DNA of 64,000 nucleotides, from assembly GCA_963575745.1 (NCBI GenBank), contig CAUYUJ010000001.1, forward strand, positions 1,922,001-1,986,000, written 5' to 3'. A model generated the notes under the pieces. The model saw only the letters and a list, made by a program, of their open reading frames with translations. It was not told where the DNA came from and made no database searches. This DNA is from Prorocentrum cordatum. Its lineage: Eukaryota. Numbering within the stretch: the stretch's first letter is position 1; the number at the start of each line of letters is the position of its first letter. Shown in pieces: positions 26,001-38,122 of the stretch. The translations under genes were made by a program, and so were the position numbers.

Positions 26001-28070
26001 AGAGATCTCCGGATGTCAGGGGAGTTCTCCGAGGGGCTTCGTATCATGTCCCGAAAAGGCCAGAAAGCGCTCGCGGAGAAGCCTCCTCGATCGCCGCTTT
26101 CACCCTCGGAACAGGCGCGTGTGCGTGTACGTACATGGGTGGTTGAGTTCCAGATTTGTTCACGTACGCGCAGCGCCGTGTGCGATATACGCGCATAGTG
26201 TGGTTACGAAGCTTGATGTTGACAGCGCGCATACATTTAAAGACATGTACTCTCGCAGGCGTGATCGCACGCAAGTGTACGCGTGCGCGCCCATGCCGAC
26301 GCGAGCACGCGTGTGTGTGTGTGTGTGTGTGTTTGTGTTCGCATGATGCGTGTTCGCGTATGGACCAATTCATGCATGATTGGTGTTGCGCCCGTGAAGA
26401 GGCGACTCTGGATGTATGGTGGTATCTTCAGTTTTGACAGCGCCGACATCTTCACAACGAGCGCTCTCGCTTCCCCGACGTGCACCGTCCCTTTCGCACA
26501 GGCATCGGTCGTCGCAGCTCTGCACGCCCAGACGGCCCGCAGAGCGCAGGTGGGCAGCATGATCCGTTGATGTGATGTTCAGATTCCCCACAGGTGCGAG
26601 GGCTGATGCCGACACGCTCCTGTGGGCTGTGGCACCGATGACCTTCAGGCGTGGAGGCAAAGCTGCAAGCAGCCCGCCAGGTGGACGCCGTGAGGTCACG
26701 GGCGGGAGCCTGGACGCGTGACAGGGCCCCCACGAGCGACGACGCACAACTTAGCACTTTCCCCCCCCTCATGGCTCGGGTCTCCGGCGTCCGTTCGGGA
26801 CGATCCGGGCTCCCCTGGAACGCGCTCGGCGGGTCGCAGCCGCTGGAAGGCATCCCGGGGCTGGGAACCCGCCGAGAACTGACGGCAACGTCCGACAGCC
26901 TCGAACCTCGTCGCCTCGATCTGGTCGAGCGTCTCGTCTTGGCCGCCGAGGCGAAGGGCACGATCGCGGCCGCCGGCTGCAGGTGCCTCGCAGCACTTGC
27001 ACGGCCTGGCGCGAGACAGCCCAGGGCGCTCGGGAGGCGGCCCCGAGGGCAGCGTGGCACCCTGGGCGCGCGCGGCGCGCGCCAGTGGGAGGCGGCTGCG
27101 GAGAACGCCCCAGCGGGCCTTCGCGTCGAGAGCAACATTTTTGTTTTGCGTCGGGGGCTAGGCAGGGGTCGTCTGCGCTGGCGGATGAAGCTAACTGAGA
27201 GGGGGGACCGTGGTGGGTAATAAGCAAACATGCAATGGAGGGAAAATGAGACAGAGGAGGCGGCCGCAGAGGACTCCGCACCGTGTCGATGGCACCTTCT
27301 CGCCGTGTTGGAGATATGGGGGAAATAAGGCAATAAGGCACGCATCTAGCACGCTCAACCCGTAAGGAGCACCACTGTTATCTTTACACAGGTTGGACGA
27401 AGTTAGAAGTCGGTGCCTGATGCTTTTGCGAAATTGTTAAGGGTACTGCAGTCGAGTAGGCTCCTCCAGCTTCTCCTCCTCCACCGCCCATCACCCCCCA
27501 AGTGTCTGCAGGCTGGCGCGGTAGCAGGGCTTTAATTTAACGAGGATGAGCGGGCGACCTTTCTGCCCTAATCTCAGCGGGGGGAGGTGTCGGTACCGCT
27601 GCTCGTCCTGGCGATCCCTCTTCGCCATTGCTGGATTCTCCTCCCCCTCCTCCTCTTCATCCTCCTTCGGGCCAGGAGAACGGTCCATTGCGACGGGAGG
27701 AGCACCACCCCCTCAGAGGAGAAAAACGTACTGGTGCCGCTGCTCGTCCTGGAGAGCTTTCGTCGCCACAGTTGGATTTCCCTCGAGATTCCCACCCCAG
27801 GAGGTCCGTGGAACTGCGGCATCGGTAGCCGTTGGTCTCGCCGCACCACAATACCCGAGCTTCCTCCCGACAGAATTAGTTTGCCGCTCGGAGAAGAACA
27901 GAAACTCGGGGATGCACCCCGTGGGAGCTCTTCGGGCGCATCTCTGTCGAGGACGGACGCACCGCCCATCGTATATCCCCGAGCTGTGCCCAGCTTGCTT
28001 TCCCAGTCGAAAGCCCCACAACGCTCAGGATTTGGGTCGCACACCCACCCCCCACCAATCCTGTGCCGAG

Positions 28071-28121
28071 GACAGGAACCTTCGCGAGGACCAGGACCGG
28101 GAGTACCAGGAGGCCCTGGAG
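28071..28121 (+). CDS. Exon d of host gene: DRNLREDQDREYQEALE
   Basis: Matches the R.LR.EQD.EY..SL.AD motif characteristic of FAF1/FAF2/PUX proteins. gccgag|G ... GAG|gc, 51 nt. Confidence 0.8.
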
Positions 28122-28175
28122 GCGGGCGCGGTGCTCCGCCTGCCAAAGGGGGCAGCAGGAGGTTGGTGCCGTAGA

Positions 28176-28344
28176 CGGGCTCACGGCGATGTAGATTTCG
28201 GTATCGTGGGAACGCGTTGTTTACAATTCGTTGTGACTTTTTCATTCGATCCACCTTCAGATTGGAATTGTGGGAAAGTGTGGTTCGTGATTTCCTGCAA
28301 TCTGGTTCCCAACATCACCGTTCAGCAACATCGCCGTGAGCCCG
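28176..28344. mobile_element. MITE family C, copy 1
   Basis: Perfect 17-bp TIR CGGGCTCACGGCGATGT / ACATCGCCGTGAGCCCG; diverged copy at 29837-30015. Confidence 0.75.
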
Positions 28345-28765
28345 GTCTTGAAAAGGTTGGATTTGGCTGCGGGGCTGAGGTGGGGCATCTTTGGCGCTGA
28401 GAGGGGGAGAAGCACCATTGTATTCAGAATTCGTTCCCTGTCCCCTCTGGGCCGCCTTTTCGGGATGGGCATTGAGTTCCGGATTTGCCCCCTTCCCCCC
28501 CTGACTGGTCACTGGTTTTGTCAGTGCCCATTCAGGGCAGACCCCAAGTTCCTTGCTTGCTCTCTCTCTCCCCTTTGAGGATCGGGTCGGCCGGACGGGG
28601 GGGATCGGGACGTTGGGGGGCACGACATGTGGTGCATGAGTGTTTCTGTTCGGTTTCGCCGCTGGGCGCTGTTCTTGACGCCTCGGCGCTTCCAGCGCCC
28701 GGTGTCGCCGACAAGCTGCATGCAGCTGATTCGTTAACCCCTCCTTTGGTCCGCCCTGAGATCCA

Positions 28766-28935
28766 CCGCCAGAATATGTCCACATCCACCGCTTCGGAGT
28801 CGTGCCCTGGAATCTCGAGGAGCAGTGGATATGGATATCTGCCCGCCCGCGTGAGCGGGCAGATATCCATATCCGCCGCTCCCCGAGTCCTCGCAACACG
28901 ACCCAGCAGCAGTGGATATGGTCAAATTCTGGCGG
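28766..28935. mobile_element. Palindromic MITE family B, copy 2
   Basis: CCGCCAGAAT..ATTCTGGCGG termini; central GGATATCTGCCCGC..GCGGGCAGATATCC hairpin. Confidence 0.65.
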
Positions 28936-29107
28936 CGCATGAGAGGAACCAGACACTGCAGAAACATAAACTTCCAGATGCCTTCTCAGATCTCTCGGGT
29001 CGGCGCTGGGCCCCGTCTGGCGGCACCTCCGGCGCCGCCCCTGGCGCTGCCAGGGCAAGCGGCCCGAGCAGCTGCGACTTCCCCCATGGGAGAACGGGCC
29101 TTCCTCA

Positions 29108-29319
29108 GGGCAGCGATAGGGGGGATAGGCATATATGGGGACGCATCGACCTCCAATGGCCCATTGACCGCGGATAGGGGGCCCGATATCCCCAACCTGC
29201 ACAGGAAGGTGCGGATTCACTGTCGGGTGCCTGTCGCCATCCTATCGGCGATGCATCGCCGATGCCAGGTCGATGCGTCACCCCCTATGCCAGTCCCAGT
29301 CCCCCCCTATCGTTGCCCC
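29108..29319. mobile_element. MITE family A, copy 2
   Basis: Homologous to 426-615 including GGATTCACT.TCGGG and ATCGGCGATG.ATCGCCGAT; TCA on both flanks. Confidence 0.7.
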
Positions 29320-29836
29320 TCACTTCCCTCGAGCCCACAGGCGGTATCTACTGTGCTCCTCCATGTGAGCGCCGGGCCCTGGGCAGTGCCTGCTGCGCTC
29401 TTCCAGTGGGAGGTCCGGGGCCGTCAGGAAGGTCCTCATGCTGCCCAAGTGCAAATGACTGCCAGGATGGGCGAGGAGTGCTCCAGAGGCTCGAACATGA
29501 CCCAAAGACGCCGGCGAGAGCCCCGAGAGGAACCCCAGCTGACCAACAACAAAATGCCCAAGGAATTGCCCCAGGCCTTGGGGCACTTCCGGGACTCGCA
29601 ACCTGTCGATCGAGGACGTCCAAGAGGACCTCGAAGAAGCGGATGAGCGTCTAGAGAGAGGTTCCAAGATTTTTCTTTGGAGGGCTCCTCTTCTGCTCGA
29701 AAGTGCCACGCGAGAGTCCACGATGACCTGACCAGTTTTTTGAGACAGCACTCAGAGGGCCACCTGCGAATCACAAGAGGGTTCTCAGCTGGTCAACATC
29801 AAACAACATCCAGTGATAAAGGTAGTGATTCGTAAA

Positions 29837-30015
29837 CAGGCTAACGGCGATGTAGGTTTTGGTATTGTGGGAACGCGTGTCTCGCGCTTTCCTACAGTTC
29901 GCCGTGTCGTCTTCGCTCGATCCATTCGCAGATTGGAAATGTAGGAAAGTATAGTTCCTGATTTCTTACACTTTGGTTCCCAACACCACCTTTAAGCAAC
30001 ATCGCCGTTTGCCAG
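29837..30015. mobile_element. MITE family C, copy 2
   Basis: ACGGCGATGT..ACATCGCCGT termini; internal similarity to 28176-28344. Confidence 0.7.
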
Positions 30016-30730
30016 GCCTTGGGTTATTGACGTGTTGGTGCTCCTGTGATTTCCGACTTCTGGGCCACATGCAGCTCTACCATAGGCCCCAAGAGGGCCT
30101 CCCAGCTCTCTCCCTCCTCTCTCCTCCCACCTGTCTCCGTCCTAATATCGACCGTTCATCCCGCCTGCCTACATCGCCCTCCTACGTCGTCCCCCTGCAT
30201 GGCTCTTCCCTCGAGCCTCGTCCCTTCCACTTGTTTAATCGCCTCTGGCGTCTCCCTCTTCCCTCCTCGTTCTGCCGTCTTCGTTGCCTTGCCGCGCGGA
30301 CCTCCGAACGTGTATGGCAATTCCGATTCTTGGTCTAGCGTTCGTGCACTCATGTATGTGGACGTCTACACATGCATATACATATACACACATGAAGGGG
30401 AGGTGGGAGCAGGGGTCGAGGGATGGGAAAAGGGGTGAGGGGATGGGATCGACGGGGGAAGGGTGTCGAACGGAAGCGCGTGTGGGTGCGAATTGAGCCA
30501 GGCCCTTTGTTCCAGGTGACTCTCCACAGAACGTGCCTCGTTCTGCGCACTCTCCCTGGATGCCCTAATCCTAGTACGTCCTCCTCGCTGTTGTGTTACG
30601 TGTCCCCTTCGGCTTTGGTGTTCGCCCTTGCCCTCGCCGTGGCCTGGGTCCTCCTCGTCGCCGTCCCCGCGTCCCTGGGCCGCCGCTCTTTCCCCGCCGA
30701 TGGGTGGTACCGCCCGCCGCCTGCCGCCAG

Positions 30731-30772
30731 GTGGACAGGAAGCGCCAGGAAGAGCAGCGAAGGCAGGACGAG
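30731..30772 (+). CDS. Exon e of host gene: VDRKRQEEQRRQDE (3' end could be 30766)
   Basis: cgccag|G acceptor; continues ALE|VDRKR as expected after the QD.EY motif; charged coiled coil. Confidence 0.65.
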
Positions 30773-31105
30773 GAACCGCCCGCCTCGCCCTGGGGACGGG
30801 GATGAGGGAGCAGCGCATGCTTCAAGGGGGAGGGGGAGGAGGAGGGAGGGAGGGGGGAGGGAGGGAGGAGGGAGGGGGAGGAGGGAGGGGAGGGAGTGAG
30901 GGAGGGGGAGGAGGAGGGGAGGGGGAGGAAAGGAGGAGGAGGAGGAGGAGGAGGAGGAGGAGGAGGAGCAGAAGGAAGAGGAGGAGGAGGAGGAGGAAGA
31001 GGAGGGGGAGGAGGGAGGGAAAAGCAGAGCAAAACATTGGCACTGCCCCGCCCCCTCTCCTCCCTGGCCGGCGCGGCGGCCCCCCTGCGCGACGCCGAGC
31101 CCGAG

Positions 31106-31150
31106 GAGCGGCGCGAGCAGGAGCGGCGGGAGGCGGAGCAGCGCCAGAAG
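31106..31150 (+). CDS. Exon f of host gene: ERREQERREAEQRQK
   Basis: cccgag|G ... AAG|ga, 45 nt, coiled-coil composition. Confidence 0.6.
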
Positions 31151-31196
31151 GAGACGGCCTGCCGGGGGTGGGGCCGGCGGCGCGGGCGGAGCGGGC

Positions 31197-31361
31197 GGGG
31201 CGACGAGATCTATGCATATCCACTGCTCCCGGCCAGGCCCATCCTGGACCCAGGAGCGGTGTATATGCCTCCCTGGCCAAGCCAGGAGGGCGTATACACA
31301 GCTCTTGGGCCCAGGATTGGCCTGGCCAGGAGCAGTGGATATGTACAGATATCGTCGCCCC
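31197..31361. mobile_element. Palindromic MITE family B, copy 3
   Basis: Nearly end-to-end hairpin: GGGGCGACGA..CATATCCACTGCTCC / GGAGCAGTGGATATG..TCGTCGCCCC. Confidence 0.7.
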
Positions 31362-31687
31362 AGCGGGGGAGGCGAGGCTCGAGGCTGCGGGTGTTCGGGC
31401 GGCTTCGAGTGTCCTCGGCGGTGTTCCAGCCTCGGGGAGCGGTCTCGCGGCCGCGCCGTGTTGCGAGCGTCAAGTCGGGCCCGTCCCTCTACAGGGGGGA
31501 AATTCCAAAAATGGTCAAAAAATAGTCAGGGGAGGATTTTTTGACTATTGTTTGCCATTTTGGATTTTTTTTGTTTTGCTATTTTTCCTTTTTCGTCCAA
31601 GGGGACGTGCCCGACATAACGCGAGCGTTCTGGGGGGGAGCCTGTGTCGTCCCGAACGGCCGCCGGAGACCCGAGCTGCAGTGGGGG

Positions 31688-31855
31688 CCCATGCCAAGAA
31701 GCACCCTGCTTGCCTCAAGGGCGCCCTGGGTTTCTTGGGGTCCGATGGTTTTGCGACGCGCGGCGTGGCGTTCCCACACCAAAGATGAATGGACGTCCTG
31801 GGGTCTCCGGGTTGGGTTTCTTGTGGAAGGCTTCTTGTGGACTGGCCTCCGCTGT
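31688..31855 (+). repeat. Dispersed repeat; inverted homologue at 47335-47507
   Basis: CCCATGCCAAGAA.CACCCTGCT.GCCTC ... TGTGGACTGGCCTC shared. Confidence 0.75.
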
Positions 31856-32787
31856 GTGACCCGAGAGACCAGATCTCCGACGATCTGATTTGTCCGGTCC
31901 CGGCGTTTTTCCTTGATGTTGGCCTCTTCGGCGTCAGCCCTGGGGCCATCAAAAACGGATCCGGGCCGAAAGGCTGGCCCGAAGCGGTCGGGACCCCTTT
32001 GTGGCCGCGGATTGAAGGAATCAGAGCGGCGGATTTCAGGGAAGAGAGCCGCGTGACGGGCAAGGTACGGATGGGGAGCGTGGGCAGGAGGAGGGGGAGG
32101 AGGGCCATCATTTTCCCCGTGCGTCCCCCCTTTTCACGTCAGGCTGCGTGCTAGCTCAGCTTGGCCTGGGGGGCCGTGCGAGGCGGCGCCGCGGCTGCGG
32201 CGCGCGAACCTCTTTGCGGCACGGACGGTGGGGAAGCTCCGAAGCGCTTCGCGAGTCAAGCTGGAAGAGGGGCGCGTATGCCCAGCAGAGGCCTCGTGCA
32301 GACATCCCACCGCCGAGCATCCACATGGTGAGTGTTTGTTGCCCTTCGGCCCATCGCGCCAGTGCCCGGGCCGTGGGGCAAGCTGTTTTTGGGAGGCCTC
32401 GCGTGGCCACCTCGGAAGCCTCTCGGGGGCTGTTCGGAGCATGCTGGTGCTTCCAGGGGGCAATTACACTGGGGCCTGAGAGAGTTTCCCATAGTCCGAT
32501 CTGGGTGGATGGGGGGTATCATTTCATTATTTTCAAGTTCAGGCGTCTTTTTGGTGCTAGCTGTGGGCTGCAAGCTGTAGGTTTCAAGCAATGCGGCACA
32601 GTTTATGCACTTCGAAGCCCAGAAATGCCAGCCATCACGGAGCTCGAGGCGGCCATTTAGTTTGTGTACATGAATTGAGCAAGGCGATGTTGCTCGTTCC
32701 TCCGCCTTTTCTCCCTCCTCCTCCCTCCTCGCGACTCCTCCTCTCTTTCCTCCTCCTCCTCCTCCTCCTTCTGCATTCTGCTTCCCT

Positions 32788-33635
32788 GGGGGGTTCAGCG
32801 GAGCGCTGTCTTACGTGGGCCCAGATGAGATTTCGCTTCCCCTGGAGCTGCCGACAGCGCAATTGTCGCCGCGTTCGTGATCTCTTGGGAGGTCCAGCGG
32901 GGTCACGTCTTGCGCGGACCCAGCCGAAACCTCGCCTTAGGCGATTTATGGCCGGCTCCTTCTTCACCCCCTAATGATTTTCTCGACCTTCGGCCAAGGG
33001 CGTCCAGGCCAGTGGCAGCCTGTCGCCAACAAGTGCACCCGAGACCTCGCCTGGCACTGTTGCTGCCAACTGTGCAACCGGCGCAACTTTCGTAAGGTCT
33101 TGGGAGGTCCAGGGGAGGGCGGTTCTACCCGGACCCAGGCGGGGTGTCGCCTTCATGAGCGCTGCTCATTGCACAACTTCCACCACTTCCGTGGGGCCTT
33201 GTGAAGTCCAATAAGGTGCAATTTCAGGCGCACCCAGATCAGATCTCGCCGTTACTCGGTGTTGCCAACTGCGCGAATGTCGCCACATTCGTGGGCTCCT
33301 GTGAGGTCCAGCGGAGTGTGGCCTTACGCGTGCCCAAATGATACCTAGTAAGCGCTTCCGGATCCGAGACTGTCGCTAATTGCGTGAGTTCCTGGGAGGT
33401 CCAGCGCAGTGCGATCTCACGCGGGCCCAAAACCAGGCCTCGCTCTCTTTGGGCACTACCAGTCGCGCAGCTTTCGCGCCACGTTCGCGAGTTCCTGGGA
33501 GGTCCTGCGGAGTGACGTCTCAGGCGGGCCCAAACGAGACTTCGCCTCCCTGGGTGCTGCCAACTTCGCACCGTTCGCCATTTGTGTGACCTCTTGGGGG
33601 GTCTAAGCGAATTGCAACGCACGCGCGGCCCCACC
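32788..33635 (+). repeat. Degenerate ~100-bp tandem array (~9 units)
   Basis: GGGAGGTCCAGCG..GGGCCCA..TCGCC..GCCAACT recurs near 32888, 33103, 33303, 33396, 33498 and 33598. Confidence 0.75.
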
Positions 33636-34679
33636 CAATGGTTTTGCCGTGGTTCTGGGGTGGGTGGGTTGTTTCTTTTAGTGTTTGTTGTTCTGGCGTT
33701 CCGATGCGGATGCTCAGCGCTTGCGAAACGTTTGCTCTCGTCTAGCCACATCTTGATTGTCTACTCTCCAAAGGGCTCAGATGAGGACGGCAGCATCGGG
33801 GCGATTCAAACGGCAGGCGGCATGTGGCCGTCAGGACAGAAAAACGATTGCAATACGGCGAACAAGATCGCCTGCTAGTGCGCTCAGGCTCAAATTGCCC
33901 GGGAAGGCCCCACCGATGTCAATCTGAGCATTGATCCGGGGACAGCATCGTGCATCATTGCGCGCAACTATATGCTGCTGGTGCGGCCAGTAGTGTGACA
34001 AGGGTTTAGGAATTTACCCTTGCCTGTGACCAAGCACCATTTCTGTACCAGTAGCTGTATCTGGATCTCCTGCGTCTTAGAAGGATCGGAAACAAAGGAG
34101 GCCCCCTTCTCTGGTGTACACGTGGAGCCAAGGCAGCCCAACATCGAGACTCTTAGGCGCCACTGTTACGGGGGATGTTGTCCAGCTGCTCCGCAGGTCC
34201 AGGAGTTACGTTTGAATGTGCAGACGAAGTCGCGTTGCCGCATTGCGGTTTACCTATTTAGTGGCAGTGCAAGGGGTGTTCGATTAAGCCAGGCCCATTG
34301 CTCATGTGCTCCTGAAGCAAAACCCCTTTGGCGGGTGAGTTCGTTCGATCCAGGTCGCCCTTTCGAGCGCAGCCTGGCCCCCACAGAACATCTGTGTGTA
34401 TGGATGGCATGTGTTGGTGTCGATGTATGTTTGATGTGTCTTGGTGTTGCGTTATGCCGGGACTCGATGTCGGCCACTAGGACTCTCAGAGGATTGCGTT
34501 GGCCAAGCAAAAGGAATGACTTGCTTCATTGAGTGACAGGACCAACTCAAGTTGTTTTTGCGAATGCGTCTGGGTCACAGCCTTCCATACTTACAGCTTG
34601 CAAGCCAGACCAGGTTCACAACAAGATTTTCTGATGTCTGCAAGGGAATCGGATTTCCTCCATCGGCGCCCTGAGTGTT

Positions 34680-35610
34680 CCCAGCCTTCTTGTGTTGGGC
34701 CCTCGTTTTGAAGAGACAGCGCCCCGTGTCCTCTCCTCTCCTCCTCCCATCCCCCCCTTCTCCCCCCTCCCATCCCTGCCGCTGGCCTCCGCATGTCCAT
34801 GTCGGCACACCCCTCCCACGGTGCGTGGCCCCATAGGTAGCTCCACCCACGGCTCCAGTGCCACCGTTCGCGTGCGTCCCGCACTTCCCATTAGGACACA
34901 CCCCTCACACGGGTCGTGGCCCGTTACGGGGAGCTCCACCCAAGGCCCCAGTGCCACCGTTCGCATGCGCCTCCGCCGCCCAGTGCGGAGCACCCCTCAC
35001 ACGGTTCATGGCCTCATAGAGAGCTCCATTCAAGGCTCCAGTGCCACCGTTCTCCATGCGCCTCCGCCGCCCATTGAGGCACACCCCTCACACGGTTCGT
35101 GGCCCCATAGGGAGCCTCACCCAAGGCCCCAGTGCCACTGTTCGCGTGCGTTCCCCTCATCCGCTACGGCACACCCCTCACACGTTTCGTGGTACCATTG
35201 GGAAGAAGGGAGCTCCACCCAAGGCCTCAGTGCCACCGTTCGCATGCGCCTCCGACGCCCAGTCTGGAACACCTCTCACACGCTTCGTTGCCCCATGGGG
35301 AGCCCCACCCAAGACCCCAGTGCTACGGTTCGCCTGCGTCTCCCCCACCCATTGCGGCACACCCCCCTACACAGTTCGCGGCTCCATAGGGAGCTCCACC
35401 CAAGGCCCCAGCGCTGCCCGTTGAGGCAGACCCCTCACACGCTTCGTGACCCCATGAGGAACCCCACCCAAGGCCCCAGTGCTACGGTTCGCATGCGTCT
35501 CCCCCGCCCATTACGGCACACCCATCACACGGTCCGTGGCCTCATAGCGAGCCTCACCGTTCGCATGCGTATCGCCTACCCATCACGGCCCACCCCTCAT
35601 ACGGTTGGTG
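34680..35610 (-). repeat. Second copy of the 90-bp array element, inverted, including its tail
   Basis: GTTTTGAAGAGACAGC followed by units GGCACACCCCTCACAC..GTGGCCCCATAGGGAGCTCCACC; a further fragment lies at 36665-36925. Confidence 0.85.
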
Positions 35611-37238
35611 GTCCGTCGTCAGGGTGCATTGCAGGAATAACCGATGGTAGCTTAGAATTCTGGTGACGTAGAAGAGGAACAGCAAGGACATCGCGGCAGG
35701 CATGATCATAAAGATCAGATGCGAAACCAGTCGTGAAACCAGGATGCCTGCAAATCTTGCAGCTTGCAATACATACACCTCGGGATCGCTTAGAGAGTGG
35801 AGAGGCGACCTATAACTGAGAAGGCACCCCGTCCCTGCACATGGATACGGGCAGTAAGTCTCGTCGCCGGCTTGATTGAGATCGCGTGCCAGCACCGAGT
35901 GTAGAAACCACGATCTTCCCGGCGTCCGGCTACGAAGGCGTAGGGTTGCCGTGGAACGAGAGAGAGAGAGAGAGACAGTCACAAGTTCAGAGAACAATGC
36001 CTCTTCATCCACCCAGCACCGCAGCTTGGACGCCTGCAGGTCGCCCCCCGTTTACGGTTGAGGCCACAGCGCCGTACCTCAGTTGCCACGTCGATCGTAC
36101 ACCGCCAGTGGCTTTCGGCACGTGCTGTCAGACACGATGTTGGTTTTGCTCGGCGACGCTGCCCGCCGCTCCCATGAAGAGCTCCTGCGAGTCCATGAGT
36201 GGATACATCAGAAGGCCAGGAACTCTAGCTGGACCAGGAATTGCGGGCATTGGCGTTGTGCAGTTTGTCGAGAAGTCGGACCAGGGCAACCCCCTCGACG
36301 AGGCCTTGTTGTAGTCGCTGTACTCGCGGAATCGTTGGGTGCCGGGCCAGCTGGGCCTCGCCAGGCAAGGCCGTCGTAGGACATTTGGTGACCCCGGCTT
36401 TGCAACGTACTGCACATCCTCGTGCGCCTCGGCGGTGCTCTCGGCGACGCTGCACCGACCGTTGGCTGCGTCCCAAGCTCCACTGAGCACATATGTGCCT
36501 CGGTAGCGGCTCTGTTGAATCGATGTGACCAGGCGCATGGCATGTGGGACCGCATTCAGTTCATGTAGTCGCTATACTTGCCGGTCCTGGGGATGCTGTC
36601 CCCGCCCTCGAACGTGGAGCCGATGGCGCCGTCCCGTCATCGTCGGTCCCCCCACAGGGGACGGTAGATGGCCCCATACGGAGCTCCACCGAAGGTCCGA
36701 GCGGCACAATTCGCATGCCTCCCCCGCCCATTTCGGCACACCCCACGCACGTTTCGTGGCCCCCTGGGGAGCTCCAACGAAGGTCCCAGTGATGTTTCGT
36801 GACCCCCTAATTAGGGCCCCTAGGGAGCTCCACCGAGGGTTCCAGCGCCACAGTCCGCAGGCGGTTCTTTACATTTCGGCACACCCCTCACACGCTTCGT
36901 GGCCCCATGTTGAACTCCACCGAAGACGATACGCACAATTGCTGTATTCACAGATGCACGCGGTTGGGCCCTTCGCCATGATCGTTTTCTCCCACTGGTA
37001 TCCATCGGCGATGCCCCTCCTCGCGGCGGTGGTGCTTGAGCTCCTTTGTTGTCTTTGCATGTGAATTGTGAATGTTACCGTCTCGCGCGTCGATATTCTT
37101 GATTGCATGGATTTTGCCAGACCTATCGCTTCCATGTGTCTGCGCGCACGTCATGACCACGTCCTGCTGGGCAGGAGAGGTGTATTGCAACCAAGTTTAA
37201 TTGAAGCTCGGAGTCTGTCCGAATTGCCTCCCGCGCAG

Positions 37239-37277
37239 GAGGAGGAAGAGCTCCAGGCGCTAGAGAAGCGGAAAGAG
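37239..37277 (+). CDS. Exon g of host gene: EEEELQALEKRKE
   Basis: cccgcgcag|G ... GAG|ga, 39 nt, coiled-coil composition. Confidence 0.55.
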
Positions 37278-37970
37278 GAGCCCCGGCAAGCGCGGGGAGG
37301 TGCCAGTCGTCAGAGGGGCGGCAGCAACGTCCCGTTCACGGAATCCATTCGACTCCCCCCCCCCATTGAAATTTGGCGTAGAGCTCGCGGCAGTGTCTCG
37401 AGGATGCGCACGTACAGCAGGCACATCAAATGAGACATCGGCCTGCCAGCAGGTGCCCCAAGGACGTTTCTGATCTTCCGATGGCCCCAGGGGCCCACAG
37501 AAGCTATGGGAATCCCCAGGTCCTTCAAACATGAACGAAGAATGTGCACCAAGATTTCTTAGAGCAAGATTTCTTCGCGTATGTGTATACCGTGTTCTGG
37601 AGGAGCCGGTGCGAACGCGGAGGTCTCGCAGGGATGGAGCAGAACGCGAATGGGGGCCTTTTCCCAGATAGGTGGGTACACCTTGAACCTGGCATCGCTC
37701 GGACGTGTGCATTTTCTCTCGGCGAGAACCATCGAGGAGCATCCTTGATCATGTGGCGAAAAAACCACGCACGAAACCGAAAAAAACACAGGGAATGGAC
37801 GTCCGAGCGATGGCGAGTGAAACAGGCGAGCCTGGGCGAGAGCTGGGCAGACACGTGGCCGCAGGTGCGTTCGCCGCCCCGCCCTGCGTTGCTGCGGCCA
37901 GGCGTGCTGGCCTTCTGCACCCGTGTCCAGCGCGTGACCTCCGCATGCTTCTGCGTGTGGACCTGGTTTA

Positions 37971-38122
37971 CCAGCCTGGAACATATCCCTATCCCTATGC
38001 TGGACACCTCCTCATCACGATGCCAATCTTAGGGATTCCCTTATTTTTTGAGGGCGAATCCCTAATATTGTCATCGCCTTTGGGCGTGCCAATCTTAGGG
38101 ATAGGGATACGTTCGAGGCTGG
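37971..38122. mobile_element. MITE family D (TA-flanked, Tc1/mariner/Stowaway-like)
   Basis: TA|CCAGCCTGGAACATATCCCTATCCCTA ... TAGGGATAGGGATACGTTCGAGGCTGG|TA. Confidence 0.65.

Noticed and set aside
24632..35610. Composite transposon bounded by inverted 90-bp array elements
   Set aside because: The interval contains in-order host exons d-f and the two copies are diverged; independent insertions are the simpler explanation.
33700..36640. Possible minus-strand LINE RT relic split by the 90-bp array element
   Set aside because: Only faint motif hints (GILVSRL, GF..G); no convincing QG or YADD motif.
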